A DNA stretch of 64,000 nt from Acidobacteriota bacterium (GTDB taxonomy: Bacteria > Acidobacteriota > Polarisedimenticolia > J045): NCBI GenBank assembly GCA_025456425.1, contig JALOKP010000026.1:3846-67845 (forward strand). The letters run 5' to 3'. Positions within the stretch are counted from its first letter, which is position 1. Every line of letters begins with the position of its first letter. Positions 31,944 to 41,861 of this stretch are shown piece by piece. The notes beneath the pieces are model-generated. The model was given only the letters and a program-made list of their open reading frames with translations. It had not been told where the DNA came from and did not search any database. A program made the position numbers and the translations under genes.

Positions 31944-32999
31944 TCAGTCCGCGGCCTTGATCTGGTCCCAGACGCGGGTGTACTTCCGGTTCTCGTCGCC
32001 CAGGTCGAGGATCACCTCGCTGCGCGCCCGGACCGCGGGGTCCAGGAAGACCGCGGGGTTCGCCCGGAACTCCTCGGGCAGCAGCGGGTAGCTGGCCGAG
32101 TTCGGGCAAAGGTACCCGATGAACTCGCTGTTCGCCGCCGCGTTCTTCGGGTCGTGCAGGAAGTCGACGAAGGCGTGGGCCAGGTCGACCTCCTTCGCGC
32201 TCTTCGGGATCACGAGGTCGTCGCAGGAGACCGAGGTCCCCTCCTGCGGCGCGGCGAAGGCGATGTCTTCGTTCTCGCCCTGGACCTGGACGATGTCGCC
32301 CGAGTAGCCGTGGACCATCACGAACTCGCCCGAGGCCAGGCCGCTCTTGTACTGCTCGTTCTCGAACTTGGCCAGGTTCCTCTTCCAGCGGATCACGAGG
32401 TCGCGGGCCTGTTCCAGCTCCTGGTCGCTGGTCGTGTTCAGGCTGTAGCCCAGGAACTTGAGCGCCGCGCCGATCGTCTCGCGCATGTCGTTCAGCATCG
32501 TCACCCGGCGTCCCAGGTCGGCCCGGTCGAAGGCGGACCAGGAGGCCTGGAAGTCCGGGACCTTGGACTTGAGGTAGGCGATCCCCGTGTTGGTCAGCAT
32601 GTAGGGGACGCTGTGCTGCATCTTCGGATCGAGTGCGATCGCCAGGTACTCCGGGTCGACGTTCTTGAGGTTGGGAAGCTTGGCGTGGTCGAGCGGCCGG
32701 AGCAGACCCTCCCTGTTCATGATGCTGACCATGTAGGAGGACGGCGTGATCAGGTCGTAGCCCGAGGCTCCGGCCTTGATCTTGGCGTACATCGCCTCGT
32801 TGGAGTCGAAGGTGTCGATCACGACCCGCGACCCCGTCTGGGTCTCGAACTGCCTGATCAGCTCGGGCTGGATGTAGTCGGCCCAGGTGTAGACGTGGAG
32901 CACCGGCTGCGGCTTGCTGCAGCCGGTCAGCGCGAGGGCGAGCGCGGTGAGCGCAGTGAGCGCGAGAACGGGCAGGGCGGCGCGGCGCGGGAAGGTCAT
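31944..32999 (-). CDS. potD: Spermidine/putrescine ABC transporter substrate-binding lipoprotein
   Basis: Lipobox LALTGCS. PotD/PotF family similarity throughout (LHVYTWADYI...SNEAMYAKIKAG...). Confidence 0.85.
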   Translation of the reverse strand: MTFPRRAALPVLALTALTALALALTGCSKPQPVLHVYTWADYIQPELIRQFETQTGSRVVIDTFDSNEAMYAKIKAGASGYDLITPSSYMVSIMNREGLLRPLDHAKLPNLKNVDPEYLAIALDPKMQHSVPYMLTNTGIAYLKSKVPDFQASWSAFDRADLGRRVTMLNDMRETIGAALKFLGYSLNTTSDQELEQARDLVIRWKRNLAKFENEQYKSGLASGEFVMVHGYSGDIVQVQGENEDIAFAAPQEGTSVSCDDLVIPKSAKEVDLAHAFVDFLHDPKNAAANSEFIGYLCPNSASYPLLPEEFRANPAVFLDPAVRARSEVILDLGDENRKYTRVWDQIKAAD

Positions 33000-33733
33000 C
33001 GCTTGTCCCCCATGAGGCGCTGGCTGAGCCAGACCGTGGCGAAGGTGACCACCAGCAGGAGCGTCGACAGCGCGTTGATCAACGGCGGCTGCCCGTGCTT
33101 GATCATGCTGTAGATCCGGACCGGCAGGGTGGTCGACCCCGGCCCGGCGACGAAGAAGGTGATCACGAAGTCGTCGATCGAGAGCGGGGCCAGGAGCGGC
33201 AGCAGCACGCGCCGGATCGTGGTCCACCAGTCGGCGCCGAGGTCCTGTGCGGCCTCGATCAGCGACCAGTCGAAGTCCTGCAGCCGGCCGAGCACGGTCA
33301 TCGTCACGTAGCTCATCGAGAAGGTGACGTGGGACAGGATGATCGTCGTCAGGCCCAGCTCGAAACCGATCGCCACGAAGAACAGGAGCAGGCTCATCCC
33401 CATCAGGATCTCGGGGATCACCAGCGGGGTGTAGATCAGCAGGTAGTGCAGCCGCTGCAGCCGGTCGGTGTAGCGGTGCAGCGCGAAGGCCGCGGTGGTA
33501 CCGAGGACGGTCGACACGGTCGTCGCGACCGTCGCGACGATCAGCGTGTTGCGCAGCGCGTGCCAGATCTCCCGCGCACCCCACAGCTTGCGGTACCACT
33601 CGAGCGTGAACCCCTCCCAGCCCGAGGAGAAGCGCGAGGCGTTGAACGAGTTGATCACCAGTACCAGGACCGGCAGGTAGAAGAAGACCAGCACGGCGAT
33701 CGTCGTGTAGAGCGGCACCCGGCTGCGCTTCAC
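32996..33733 (-). CDS. potC: Spermidine/putrescine ABC transporter permease
   Basis: GTG start at 33733. PotC-like 6-TM with EAA loop (IEAAQDLGADWWTTIRRVLLP). ATGA overlap with potD. Confidence 0.85.
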   Translation of the reverse strand: MKRSRVPLYTTIAVLVFFYLPVLVLVINSFNASRFSSGWEGFTLEWYRKLWGAREIWHALRNTLIVATVATTVSTVLGTTAAFALHRYTDRLQRLHYLLIYTPLVIPEILMGMSLLLFFVAIGFELGLTTIILSHVTFSMSYVTMTVLGRLQDFDWSLIEAAQDLGADWWTTIRRVLLPLLAPLSIDDFVITFFVAGPGSTTLPVRIYSMIKHGQPPLINALSTLLLVVTFATVWLSQRLMGDKR

Positions 33734-34641
33734 GGCGAGTTCTCCGACTTCGGGGCCAGGAGGTCCCGGCCGCGGTTGAGGACCAGGACGCCGAAGGTGG
33801 GCAGCAGCACCGCCAGCGCCAGCAGCGCCGAGAGGGCCGAGGCCTCGGGCAGGTTGCGGTCGACGAAGGTGCGCTGGGCGATCTTGTTGCCGATCATCTC
33901 CGACGACGGGCCGCCCACGATGTCGGGCACGACGTAGGCCCCGAGCGCCGGGATGAAGGTGACCAGCATGGCGGTGACGATGCCGCGCCGGATGCCGGGC
34001 AAGAAGACGCTGCGGAAGGCCCGGAAGGGGGAGGCCCCCAGGTCGCGCGCGGCCTCGATCAGGCGGAAGTCGAACTTCTCGGCGGCGGCGTAGATCGGCA
34101 GGATCGCGAACGGCAGCTCGGTGTAGACCAGGACCAGCAGCACCGCCCAGGGGTTGTAGAGCAGCTGGGTGTCGGGCCCGGCGAGCCCGAGCGCGACGAG
34201 CGCCCGCTTGAGCAGGCCCTCGGGGTGGAGCAGCATCTTCCAGGCGAAGATCCGGACCAGGAAGCTGGTCCAGAACGGGATGATCACCATCAGCAGCAGC
34301 GTGTTCTGCCGGCGCTTCGGCGCCCGGGCCATGAAGTAGCCCATCGGGACCGCGAACAGCAGGCAGGCGACGGTCGTGACGACGGAAAGCCAGATCGTGC
34401 GCCAGACGATCGCCGGGTAGTTCGGGTTGCCGAGCGTGCGGATCGTCTCCAGCGTCCAACCCTCGCCGATCCCGCCGTACGGGGTGGCCGGCTTGAAGGC
34501 GATCGCGAAGACGATCACCGACGGGACGACGAACAGGGCGACCAGCCAGAGGAACGAGGGGAGGGTGACCGACCACTCCGCGCCGCGGCTGCGACGCCCC
34601 TCAGGCACCGCGGGACCCGGTCGCGGCGCTCTCGCCGCCAT
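33730..34641 (-). CDS. potB: Spermidine/putrescine ABC transporter permease
   Basis: PotB-like (IPFWTSFLVRIFAWK, IEAARDLGASPFRAFRSVFLP). Its stop abuts the potC GTG. The exact start is uncertain because of an N-terminal extension. Confidence 0.8.
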   Translation of the reverse strand: MAARAPRPGPAVPEGRRSRGAEWSVTLPSFLWLVALFVVPSVIVFAIAFKPATPYGGIGEGWTLETIRTLGNPNYPAIVWRTIWLSVVTTVACLLFAVPMGYFMARAPKRRQNTLLLMVIIPFWTSFLVRIFAWKMLLHPEGLLKRALVALGLAGPDTQLLYNPWAVLLVLVYTELPFAILPIYAAAEKFDFRLIEAARDLGASPFRAFRSVFLPGIRRGIVTAMLVTFIPALGAYVVPDIVGGPSSEMIGNKIAQRTFVDRNLPEASALSALLALAVLLPTFGVLVLNRGRDLLAPKSENSP

Positions 34642-35794
34642 TGTCGGCCTCGCCGACCTCCTCGGGCGGGGTGCCCATCAGCCGCTCGTCGGACTCGGAG
34701 TAGCGCTCCAGCATGAACCCGTCGTCGGCGTGCCAGCGGATGAAGACGTCCTCGCCCCAGCGGATCGGCTGCTCGTCGAGCAGGAAGCGGTTGTGCTGCT
34801 GGTAGACCGCGATCCGGTAGTCCTGGACCCGCGCCCAGTACTTGGTGTGCGAGCCGAGGTAGACGACGTCCTCCACGTGGGCCGGGACGACGTTCGAGTG
34901 GGCCCCCTGCTCGGGCCGGTCGCGGGAGATCCGGATCTTCTCCGGCCGCACCGAGAGGTAGATCAGGTCGCCCGTCTTGAGCTGCTTGTCGTTGAAGACG
35001 ACCACGTCGGGGAAGCCGTCGATCGCCAGCCGGCTGTAGTCCGGACCGACCATCTCATCGACCGTCCCCTCGAAGAAGTTCGTGTCGCCGATGAAGGCGG
35101 CGACGAAGCTGCTGCGCGGCGCCTCGTAGATCTCGGTCGGGCTCCCAAGCTGCTCGACCTTGCCGTGGTTCATCACCGCGATCCGGTCGGACAGGCTCAT
35201 CGCCTCGCCCTGGTCGTGCGTGACGTAGACGAAGGTGATCCCGACCTCGTCGTGGATCAGGTCGAGCTCGATCAGCATCTTCTGGCGCAGCTTCAGGTCG
35301 AGTGCCGCCAGCGGCTCGTCGAGCAGCAGGACATCCGGCTTCTTGATCAGGGCCCGGGCGATCGCGACCCGCTGCTTCTGGCCGCCGCTGACCTGGTCGG
35401 GGTACTTGCCGGCCTGGTCCTCCATCTGGATCAGCGCCAGCATGGCGTCGACCTCGCGCTCGATCGTCGCCTTGTCGATCCCCTCGATCTTCAGCCCGAA
35501 GCCGATGTTCTGGCGCACCGTGAGGTGCGGGAAGAGGGCGTAGTTCTGGAAGATCGTGTTGACCTTGCGCTTGTGGGGGGGGAGCTCGGTGATGTCCTGG
35601 CCGTCGAGGAAGACCCGCCCCTGGTCGGGCCGCTCGAAGCCGGCCAGGATCCGCAGCAGGGTCGTCTTGCCGCAGCCCGACGGGCCGAGCAGCGAGAAGA
35701 ACTCTCCGCGCCGGATCGAGAGCGAGACGCCGTCCACCGCCCGGACGCGGCCGTAGTGCTTGTGGACGTTCTCGAACTCGAGAAACTCGGCCAA
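34601..35794 (-). CDS. potA: Spermidine/putrescine ABC transporter ATP-binding protein
   Basis: Walker A GPSGCGKTT, signature LSGGQKQRVAIARAL, Walker B LLLDEPLAALD, C-terminal TOBE-like domain. Confidence 0.9.
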   Translation of the reverse strand: MAEFLEFENVHKHYGRVRAVDGVSLSIRRGEFFSLLGPSGCGKTTLLRILAGFERPDQGRVFLDGQDITELPPHKRKVNTIFQNYALFPHLTVRQNIGFGLKIEGIDKATIEREVDAMLALIQMEDQAGKYPDQVSGGQKQRVAIARALIKKPDVLLLDEPLAALDLKLRQKMLIELDLIHDEVGITFVYVTHDQGEAMSLSDRIAVMNHGKVEQLGSPTEIYEAPRSSFVAAFIGDTNFFEGTVDEMVGPDYSRLAIDGFPDVVVFNDKQLKTGDLIYLSVRPEKIRISRDRPEQGAHSNVVPAHVEDVVYLGSHTKYWARVQDYRIAVYQQHNRFLLDEQPIRWGEDVFIRWHADDGFMLERYSESDERLMGTPPEEVGEADNGGESAATGSRGA

Positions 35795-35879
35795 GGCCCC
35801 GGCTCCCTTCGCAGGCCCGGGGCCGGCATCGCCCGGGCAGGCGGGAGTCTAGGGCGGTGGGGCGGCGCGGTCCAGAGGT

Positions 35880-35900
35880 CGCGCGGGGCACCCCCGCGCG
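35880..35900 (-). terminator. 9-bp GC hairpin (cgcgcgggg-cac-ccccgcgcg) immediately 3' of the outer-membrane protein stop, in the intergenic region before potA
   Basis: Perfect inverted repeat with a 3-nt loop. No U-tract. A second 8-bp hairpin (ggccccgg...ccggggcc) lies nearer potA. Confidence 0.3.
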
Positions 35901-35901
35901 G

Positions 35902-37227
35902 CTAGAAAGTCCAGTCGAGGACGACCGCCCCGCCGAGGAACGAGTCGTCACCGTAGCTCGCCTCCGCCGCGTCGAGCGGCCGAGCCCAGCCGACATAGCC
36001 CCAGAGGCCCCACGAGTCGTTTATCGTCCATTCGAAGTTCAGGTCGAACTCGTCCGCGAACTCGCTTCCCGCGCCCTCGGGAACCTCGTGGTACGCGCCG
36101 GTATCGACCCAGATCCGGTGGACGAGGGCGCGGAGGATCAGGACTTCCGAGGGGGACCAGGCCCCCTCGAGCCAAAACGCCTTCTCGTCGGTGTTGTCGT
36201 TGAGCGTCGACCCGACGAGTTCGCCGATGTACCACTCCGACCAGCCGTCCTTGCCGTAGAACCAGGAGTAGTACCCCTCCTGGTCCTCGGTCCCGGGGTC
36301 GTCCCCGCTGAAGAAGGCGTAGCGCAGGCGCAGATAGCTCTCGAACTCGCTCGGCAGGGTCCAGCGGACGGCGGCGTTCCAGGCCGACGCGTCGTACCGG
36401 GCCGTCCCGATCGACCCGAACTCCCAGGCGTACTCGCCGTTGAAGGTGACCGGCCCGACCGGCAGGCCGCCGCGCACCGAGAGGACCTCCGCGTCGTTGT
36501 CCAGCGATCCGCTGTCGGCGCGCGCGAGGTAGAGCGCTCCGAGGCCGGGTCCTTGCTCGCCCCTCGACCAGCTCAGGTCGACGCCGCCGAAGTAGCCGTC
36601 TTCCTGGGGATAGTCGTACGTCGTGTTCCCGAGCAGGCCCCCGAGCGCCTTGACCGCGAACCCGTCGCGCGCCCAATCGACGACGAGGGCGTCGAAGAAG
36701 CTGAACGGGACCAGGTAGCCTGCCGTCTTCTCGTCGCGGTACCCGTCGCTGACGATGAAGCCGTCCCCGATCTTGAGGTTCTGCCGACCGGCCGTGATGC
36801 CGATCCCCGACCCGCCGATGTCGGGGAAGGCGACCGAGAGGCGCTCGATGAGGGCCTTGCCGTCCGTATCGGAACCGTAGACGTCGTCACCCAGGGTGAA
36901 CGACGCGCCGCCCGCCGCGTCGATCGTCACCCATCCGGCGGGCCGCCAGGTCAGCCCGATCGAGACGTACCCCTCTCCCCAGAAATAGTCGCTCCCCGGA
37001 TCGGGCTGGTCGGGACTGCCGAAAGCGGCCCCGCTCGCCGCGTTGGCGAGGATGCTCACCGCGCCGCCCCACTCGAACGTCTTGGGAGCCTCCTCCGTCG
37101 CGGCCTCCTTGGCGGCGACTTCGGGTGGCAGGAGGCTGGAGGCGGGCTCCTGCTGCGCCGCCGTGCCCGGCAGCGCGAGCGGTACGGCGAGCAGGACGAC
37201 CAGCGCGGGGACGGCGGCGTGACGCAT
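35902..37227 (-). CDS. Outer-membrane beta-barrel protein (porin-like), directly upstream of and co-oriented with potABCD
   Basis: ATG at 37227 with a GGGAGG Shine-Dalgarno. Signal peptide MRHAAVPALVVLLAVPLALPGTAAQ. Alternating amphipathic strands rich in G/Y/W/D. C-terminal ...VVLDWTF ending in Phe, typical of beta-barrel assembly signals. Only the 3' 441 codons of the huge ORF 35902..40212 are real. Confidence 0.65.
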   Translation of the reverse strand: MRHAAVPALVVLLAVPLALPGTAAQQEPASSLLPPEVAAKEAATEEAPKTFEWGGAVSILANAASGAAFGSPDQPDPGSDYFWGEGYVSIGLTWRPAGWVTIDAAGGASFTLGDDVYGSDTDGKALIERLSVAFPDIGGSGIGITAGRQNLKIGDGFIVSDGYRDEKTAGYLVPFSFFDALVVDWARDGFAVKALGGLLGNTTYDYPQEDGYFGGVDLSWSRGEQGPGLGALYLARADSGSLDNDAEVLSVRGGLPVGPVTFNGEYAWEFGSIGTARYDASAWNAAVRWTLPSEFESYLRLRYAFFSGDDPGTEDQEGYYSWFYGKDGWSEWYIGELVGSTLNDNTDEKAFWLEGAWSPSEVLILRALVHRIWVDTGAYHEVPEGAGSEFADEFDLNFEWTINDSWGLWGYVGWARPLDAAEASYGDDSFLGGAVVLDWTF

Positions 37228-37354
37228 GAGAAACCTCCCGTTCCGCACGGCCGAGCGCCGCGGGCGCGCGCATCCTGCGCGAGCCCGCCTTGCCCGGTCA
37301 AGCGGTCGAGCCCTCCCGCTGGCCACCGCGCGGCCGGCGGTCCAGACTCTCGGC

Positions 37355-38599
37355 ATGATGAAGAAGAGGCCTGCCCCGTTCCGCGGCGGTACCGCGCCCC
37401 CGCCGGCCGCGGGCGACAGCGACGAGTTTGCCCGCCTGCTGGCCGAGACCGGCCGCGAGCGCTTCGCGGTCCTCTCGGCCGGCGATCGGGTCGAGGGGAC
37501 GGTCGTGCAGCGCACCGCCTCGGCCCTGCTGATCGACGTCGGCCAGCGCAGCGAGGCGGTGATGCCGCTCGAGGGGATGACCCCCGAGGAGCTGGTCGCG
37601 CTGCGGGTCGGGACGCGGGCCCACTTCCTGGTGACGCGCGCCGGGGGCGGGACGATCGAGCTGTCGCACGCGCTGGCAGCCCGCGCGCTCGACCTGGAGC
37701 GGCTGCAGGAGGCCCGGCGCAGCGGCGTGCCGGTCGAGGGGAAGGTCTCGGGCGAGAACAAGGGCGGGTTCACGGTCGAGCTGGGCGGCCAGCGCGGCTT
37801 CGTCCCGTTCTCGCAGATGGAGCTGGGGCAGGCCCGGCCGCTGGCAGAGTACGTGGGGCACACGCTGCGCTTCAAGGTGACCGACGTCCGCGGCCGCGAC
37901 ATCGTGCTGTCGCGGATCGACCTGTTGCGCGAGCAACAGGCTGCGGCGCGTGACACGCTGCTGGCCGGGCTCGACGAGGGCCAGATCCTCGAGGCGACGG
38001 TGGTGCGCGCGGAGCGCTTCGGTGTCTTCGTCGACCTCGGTGCCGGCGTCCACGCCCTGATCCCGCGCTCCGAACTCTCGTGGTCGCGCGACGATACGGC
38101 GCGGCCGGCCCTGCCGCCGGGGACCGCGGTCACGGTCCGGCTGCTGGAGGTCGACCTGGAGGGGGAGCGGCCGCGGATCTCGGCCAGCCTGAAGCAGGTC
38201 GGCGAGGACCCGTGGCGCGAGGCGGCCGCGCTGCTGGCGCCGGGCCGCACGCTCAAGGGGCGCGTGACGCGGGTCGCGGCCTTCGGCGCCTTCGTCGAGC
38301 TGACGCCCGGGGTCGAGGGGCTGGTCCACGTCAGCGCGATGGGCGGCGGCCGGCGCGTGACGCACCCCAGCGAGGTTGTGCGCCCGGGCCAGGAGGTCGA
38401 GGTCGCGGTCCTGGCAATCGATCCCGAGGCGCGGCGGATCTCGCTCTCGCTCGACCCGCTCGAGGCCGGTGGGCTGGACGAGCTCCAGCGCGCCAAGCTG
38501 GCCGCGCCCGAGCCGGCGGGCGGCGGCGGTGCGCTGGCCGACGCGCTGCAGCGCGCGCTCGCGGCGAAGCCGGGGAAGGGGAGCGGCCGGTCCGATTGA
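37355..38599 (+). CDS. Protein with four tandem S1 RNA-binding domains (not canonical rpsA)
   Basis: Four repeats of the S1 fold (GDRVEGTVVQRTASALLIDVG..., GVPVEGKVSGENKGGFTVELGG..., GQILEATVVRAERFGVFVDLGAGV..., GRTLKGRVTRVAAFGAFVEL...). Confidence 0.75.
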   Translation: MMKKRPAPFRGGTAPPPAAGDSDEFARLLAETGRERFAVLSAGDRVEGTVVQRTASALLIDVGQRSEAVMPLEGMTPEELVALRVGTRAHFLVTRAGGGTIELSHALAARALDLERLQEARRSGVPVEGKVSGENKGGFTVELGGQRGFVPFSQMELGQARPLAEYVGHTLRFKVTDVRGRDIVLSRIDLLREQQAAARDTLLAGLDEGQILEATVVRAERFGVFVDLGAGVHALIPRSELSWSRDDTARPALPPGTAVTVRLLEVDLEGERPRISASLKQVGEDPWREAAALLAPGRTLKGRVTRVAAFGAFVELTPGVEGLVHVSAMGGGRRVTHPSEVVRPGQEVEVAVLAIDPEARRISLSLDPLEAGGLDELQRAKLAAPEPAGGGGALADALQRALAAKPGKGSGRSD

Positions 38600-38652
38600 C
38601 CGCGCCGGGCGGAATGCCGTAGCGTGCCTGCTCCGCCCGGAACGCCCCGCCG

Positions 38653-40905
38653 ATGCTCCCCGACGCGCGCTCTCCCGCTTCGAATCCGCGCCCTCCCCGC
38701 GACGGGACCGCGCGCGCTGCCGGCGGGCGGTGGCGCGCGTGGCGATCCGTCCTTGGCACCCTGCTCGCGGCCGGCGCCGCGGCAGCCGCGTCCAACGCGC
38801 CGCCCACGCCGGCGCTCGAGCTGCCGCCCACGGCGATCTCCTACCGGATCGACGCCCGGCTCGAGCCGGCGACGCGGGCCCTCGCCGGGACGGAGGAGAT
38901 CCGCTGGACCAACGCCACCGGCGCGCCGTTGCACTCGCTGCCGCTCCACCTCTACCTCAACGCCTTCGCGCACCAGCGCACGACCTGGCTCTCGGAGCAG
39001 CAGATCGGCCGCTTCGACGCGGTCGCCGAGCTGCTCGCGGAGGAGCCCGACCCCTGGGGCTGGATCGAGCCGAAGTCGATCGTGCTGCGCGGGCCGGACG
39101 GCCGCGAGCGGCCCCTGTCCTGGCGGCCGGTCCAGCCCGACGACGGCAACCCGCTCGACCGCTCGCTGGCCGAGATCGCCCTGCCCGGGCCGCTCGCCCC
39201 GGGGGAGACGGTGACGCTGGCGATCGCCTTCGAAGGGCGCCTGCCGTACCCGATCGCGCGCACCGGCGGCGCGCGCGACTTCTTCCTGGTCGGGCAGTGG
39301 TATCCCAAGATCGGCGTCCCCGGCGCGGCCCGGCAGTTCCACTCGACGACCGAGTTCTTCGCCGAGTTCGCCGACTTCGACGTCACCTTCCGCGTTCCGT
39401 CGGGCTGGCTCGTCGGCGCCACCGGGCGGCCGGAGGGGCCGCCCGCGCCCGGCACCGACGGGTTCGTCGCGCACCGCTTCACGCAGCGCGCGGTCCACGA
39501 CTTCGCGCTCGTCGCCGGCTCGCGGCTGGCCGAGGCGACGAGCCGCCACGCGCCACAGGGGGGCGGCCCGGCGGTCACCGTCCGCTACCTCTTCCCGCGC
39601 GGCCTGGAGGCGCTCGTCCCGCGCTGGCAGCGCGCGACCGAGGCGGCGCTCGACACGCTTGGCGCCGGCGTCGGCCCGTACCCCTACGACCACCTGACCG
39701 AGGTCTTCCCGCCCTCGTGGGCCCAGGAGACCGCCGGGATGGAGTACCCGACCTTCTTCACCGGCAGTGACGCCGACCTCGCCGACCTCCGCTTCCCGTC
39801 CGCCGGGCTGCGGTTCCAGGAGGGGACGCTGGTCCACGAGTTCGCCCACGAGTACTTCTACGGCCTCGTGGCCACGAACGAGCAGGAGGAGGCGTACCTC
39901 GACGAGGGGTTCTCGACCTACTGGCAGGCCCGCGCGATGGAGACCCTGTTTGGCGGCGACGAAGCGTCGAGCGTGCTGCTCGGCCGGCCGCTGCTGCGCG
40001 GGGGTTTCGGGCGGGTCGCGCTCGGCTTCGGGAACGAGCGGATCAAAGAGCCGATCGCACGCTCGCCGTCGTGGCTCTACGCCCCGGGGACGCTGGGGCT
40101 GCAGGTCTACATCCGGGTCGGGCAGACGCTCGAGACCGCCGAGAAGCGCTTCGGACGCGAGACGATCGACCGGGTCTTCCGCGCCTTCTACGCGCGCTGG
40201 GCCTTCCGCCACCCGACCCTCGCCGACTTCCTCGCGGTGGCGCGTGAGCAGGGGGGGGAACCGCTGGCCGCCTTCCTGGCCGAGGCCTACACCACGGCGC
40301 GCCAGCCCGACTTCGCGGTCGAGCGCGCGACGACCGCGCGCTGGCAGGCGCCGCTCGGCCGCGTGCCCGGACCTTCAGGCCCGCTCGAGGTGAAGCCCGC
40401 GACGCGCGAGGAACACGCTGCCGCGCTGGCGCCGGAGGACGCGCGCGAGACCGACGGGACGGTCTTCCTGGAGGTCGCCGACCCGGGCTGGACGCGGGCC
40501 GACGCGGCCGCGCCCGGATCGATCGCCCGGCGCCGCCTTCCGGCCGTGCGGGGCCCGGCCGAGCCGGGCTACGAGGCCGAGCAGGGCGCGTTCTACGAGA
40601 GCCGCGTCCGCGTCACCGGCCCGGCCTGGCAGCACCTGCCGGTCGAGCTCGAGTTCCGCTTCGCCGACGGCGCCGTGGTGACCGAGACCTGGGACGGACG
40701 CGCGCCCTGGCGCGCCTACCGCTTCCTGCGCACGGCCCCGCTGGTCGCGGCGCGGGTCGATCCCCGGGGAACGATCGCGATCGACCCCGACGAGCTGAAC
40801 GACGGCCGCCGGATCGAGCCGAAGCCGGGTCTCGCCGCCGACTGGGGAAGCTGGCTGGGGGGCCTGGCCGGCTGGTTCGTGGGGGCGCTGACGCTGTGGC
40901 TCTGA
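38653..40905 (+). CDS. Secreted M1-family (gluzincin) metallopeptidase
   Basis: Signal peptide. HEXXH (LVHEFAHEYFYG) followed about 19 residues later by EAYLDEGFSTYW (the third zinc ligand Glu), as in aminopeptidase N relatives. Confidence 0.75.
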   Translation: MLPDARSPASNPRPPRDGTARAAGGRWRAWRSVLGTLLAAGAAAAASNAPPTPALELPPTAISYRIDARLEPATRALAGTEEIRWTNATGAPLHSLPLHLYLNAFAHQRTTWLSEQQIGRFDAVAELLAEEPDPWGWIEPKSIVLRGPDGRERPLSWRPVQPDDGNPLDRSLAEIALPGPLAPGETVTLAIAFEGRLPYPIARTGGARDFFLVGQWYPKIGVPGAARQFHSTTEFFAEFADFDVTFRVPSGWLVGATGRPEGPPAPGTDGFVAHRFTQRAVHDFALVAGSRLAEATSRHAPQGGGPAVTVRYLFPRGLEALVPRWQRATEAALDTLGAGVGPYPYDHLTEVFPPSWAQETAGMEYPTFFTGSDADLADLRFPSAGLRFQEGTLVHEFAHEYFYGLVATNEQEEAYLDEGFSTYWQARAMETLFGGDEASSVLLGRPLLRGGFGRVALGFGNERIKEPIARSPSWLYAPGTLGLQVYIRVGQTLETAEKRFGRETIDRVFRAFYARWAFRHPTLADFLAVAREQGGEPLAAFLAEAYTTARQPDFAVERATTARWQAPLGRVPGPSGPLEVKPATREEHAAALAPEDARETDGTVFLEVADPGWTRADAAAPGSIARRRLPAVRGPAEPGYEAEQGAFYESRVRVTGPAWQHLPVELEFRFADGAVVTETWDGRAPWRAYRFLRTAPLVAARVDPRGTIAIDPDELNDGRRIEPKPGLAADWGSWLGGLAGWFVGALTLWL

Positions 40906-41861
40906 GACCCGGCCCCGGCCCCTTCGCCCGCGCCACGCTGAAGGTCGCGGCCGCGCGGCTCGCGCTGGTCGTGCTCGGCGCGCTGCCGGCGTGGCTGCTG
41001 GCCCGCGGCGCGATCGCGGCCGGACCGGCCACGAACCCCTATTTCGCGGACGGCGCGGGACCGCTCCCCTGGGTCCTCGCCGCGCGGATGGTGCGCGAGG
41101 TCGGCGGGGCCTGGGCCGGCGGGCTCGCGCTCGGCCTCGCTGCCGCGTTGCTGCTCGACCAGTTGCTGCTGGCCGGCGCGGTCCGCGTGCTGGCGCCGCC
41201 GCGCGGGCCGTGGGACCGCCCGCGGCTCGCGCCCGCCGTCTTCCGCTTCGGGCTCTCGCACCTCTGGCCGCTGCTGCGGGTGGCGCTGCTCGCGCTGCTC
41301 GCCGGCGGCGCGGGGGCGGCGGCGCTGCGCGGGCTGTCGGGCGGGCTGCACCGCGCCGGTGTGCAGGCCGGGTGGTGGCGCTACACGATCGACGTCGCGA
41401 TCCCGGGGGCCGCGCTGCTGGCGAGCCTGGGCTGGCTCGCGCTGGTCGCGGCGGCCGCGCTCTGGACGCGCGTGATCGTCGTTGCCGACGGCCGCCGGCG
41501 CGCGCGGCGCGCGGTTGCGGTGGCGCTGGGGGTCTTCCGCCGTCACCCGCTGGGGGCGCTCTTCGGCCCGGCGGCGGCGCTGTTCGTCGCGGCCGCCCTG
41601 CCGCTGCCGGTGCTGGCCGGGTGGCGTGCGGCCGAGCCGCTGGGCCGCGGCGGGGTCGCGCTCTTCACGCTGCTCGTGCTGGCCTCGTTCGCGCTGCAGG
41701 CCTGGATCTGGACGCGGCTCGTGGGGGGCGCGGTGGTTCGTTACGCGCGGCCGGAACTGGACGACGTGCGCCAGGCGCCCGACGCCCCGTTCGGCCTGGT
41801 CCTGCGGATCAGGGATGCGGTGCGGGGGGCGGAGGCGCGGCGGCGGCGGGAGGCGCCGTAG
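40896..41861 (+). CDS. Hypothetical polytopic membrane protein
   Basis: Overlaps the peptidase stop by 10 nt (operon-like). Several long hydrophobic segments. No recognisable family. Confidence 0.45.
   Translation: MALRPGPGPFARATLKVAAARLALVVLGALPAWLLARGAIAAGPATNPYFADGAGPLPWVLAARMVREVGGAWAGGLALGLAAALLLDQLLLAGAVRVLAPPRGPWDRPRLAPAVFRFGLSHLWPLLRVALLALLAGGAGAAALRGLSGGLHRAGVQAGWWRYTIDVAIPGAALLASLGWLALVAAAALWTRVIVVADGRRRARRAVAVALGVFRRHPLGALFGPAAALFVAAALPLPVLAGWRAAEPLGRGGVALFTLLVLASFALQAWIWTRLVGGAVVRYARPELDDVRQAPDAPFGLVLRIRDAVRGAEARRRREAP

Noticed and set aside
35902-40212. 1436-aa minus-strand ORF
   Set aside because: Only the 3' 441 codons (the outer-membrane barrel, from ATG 37227 with a good Shine-Dalgarno) are real. 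The rest is antisense to the S1-domain and M1 peptidase genes.
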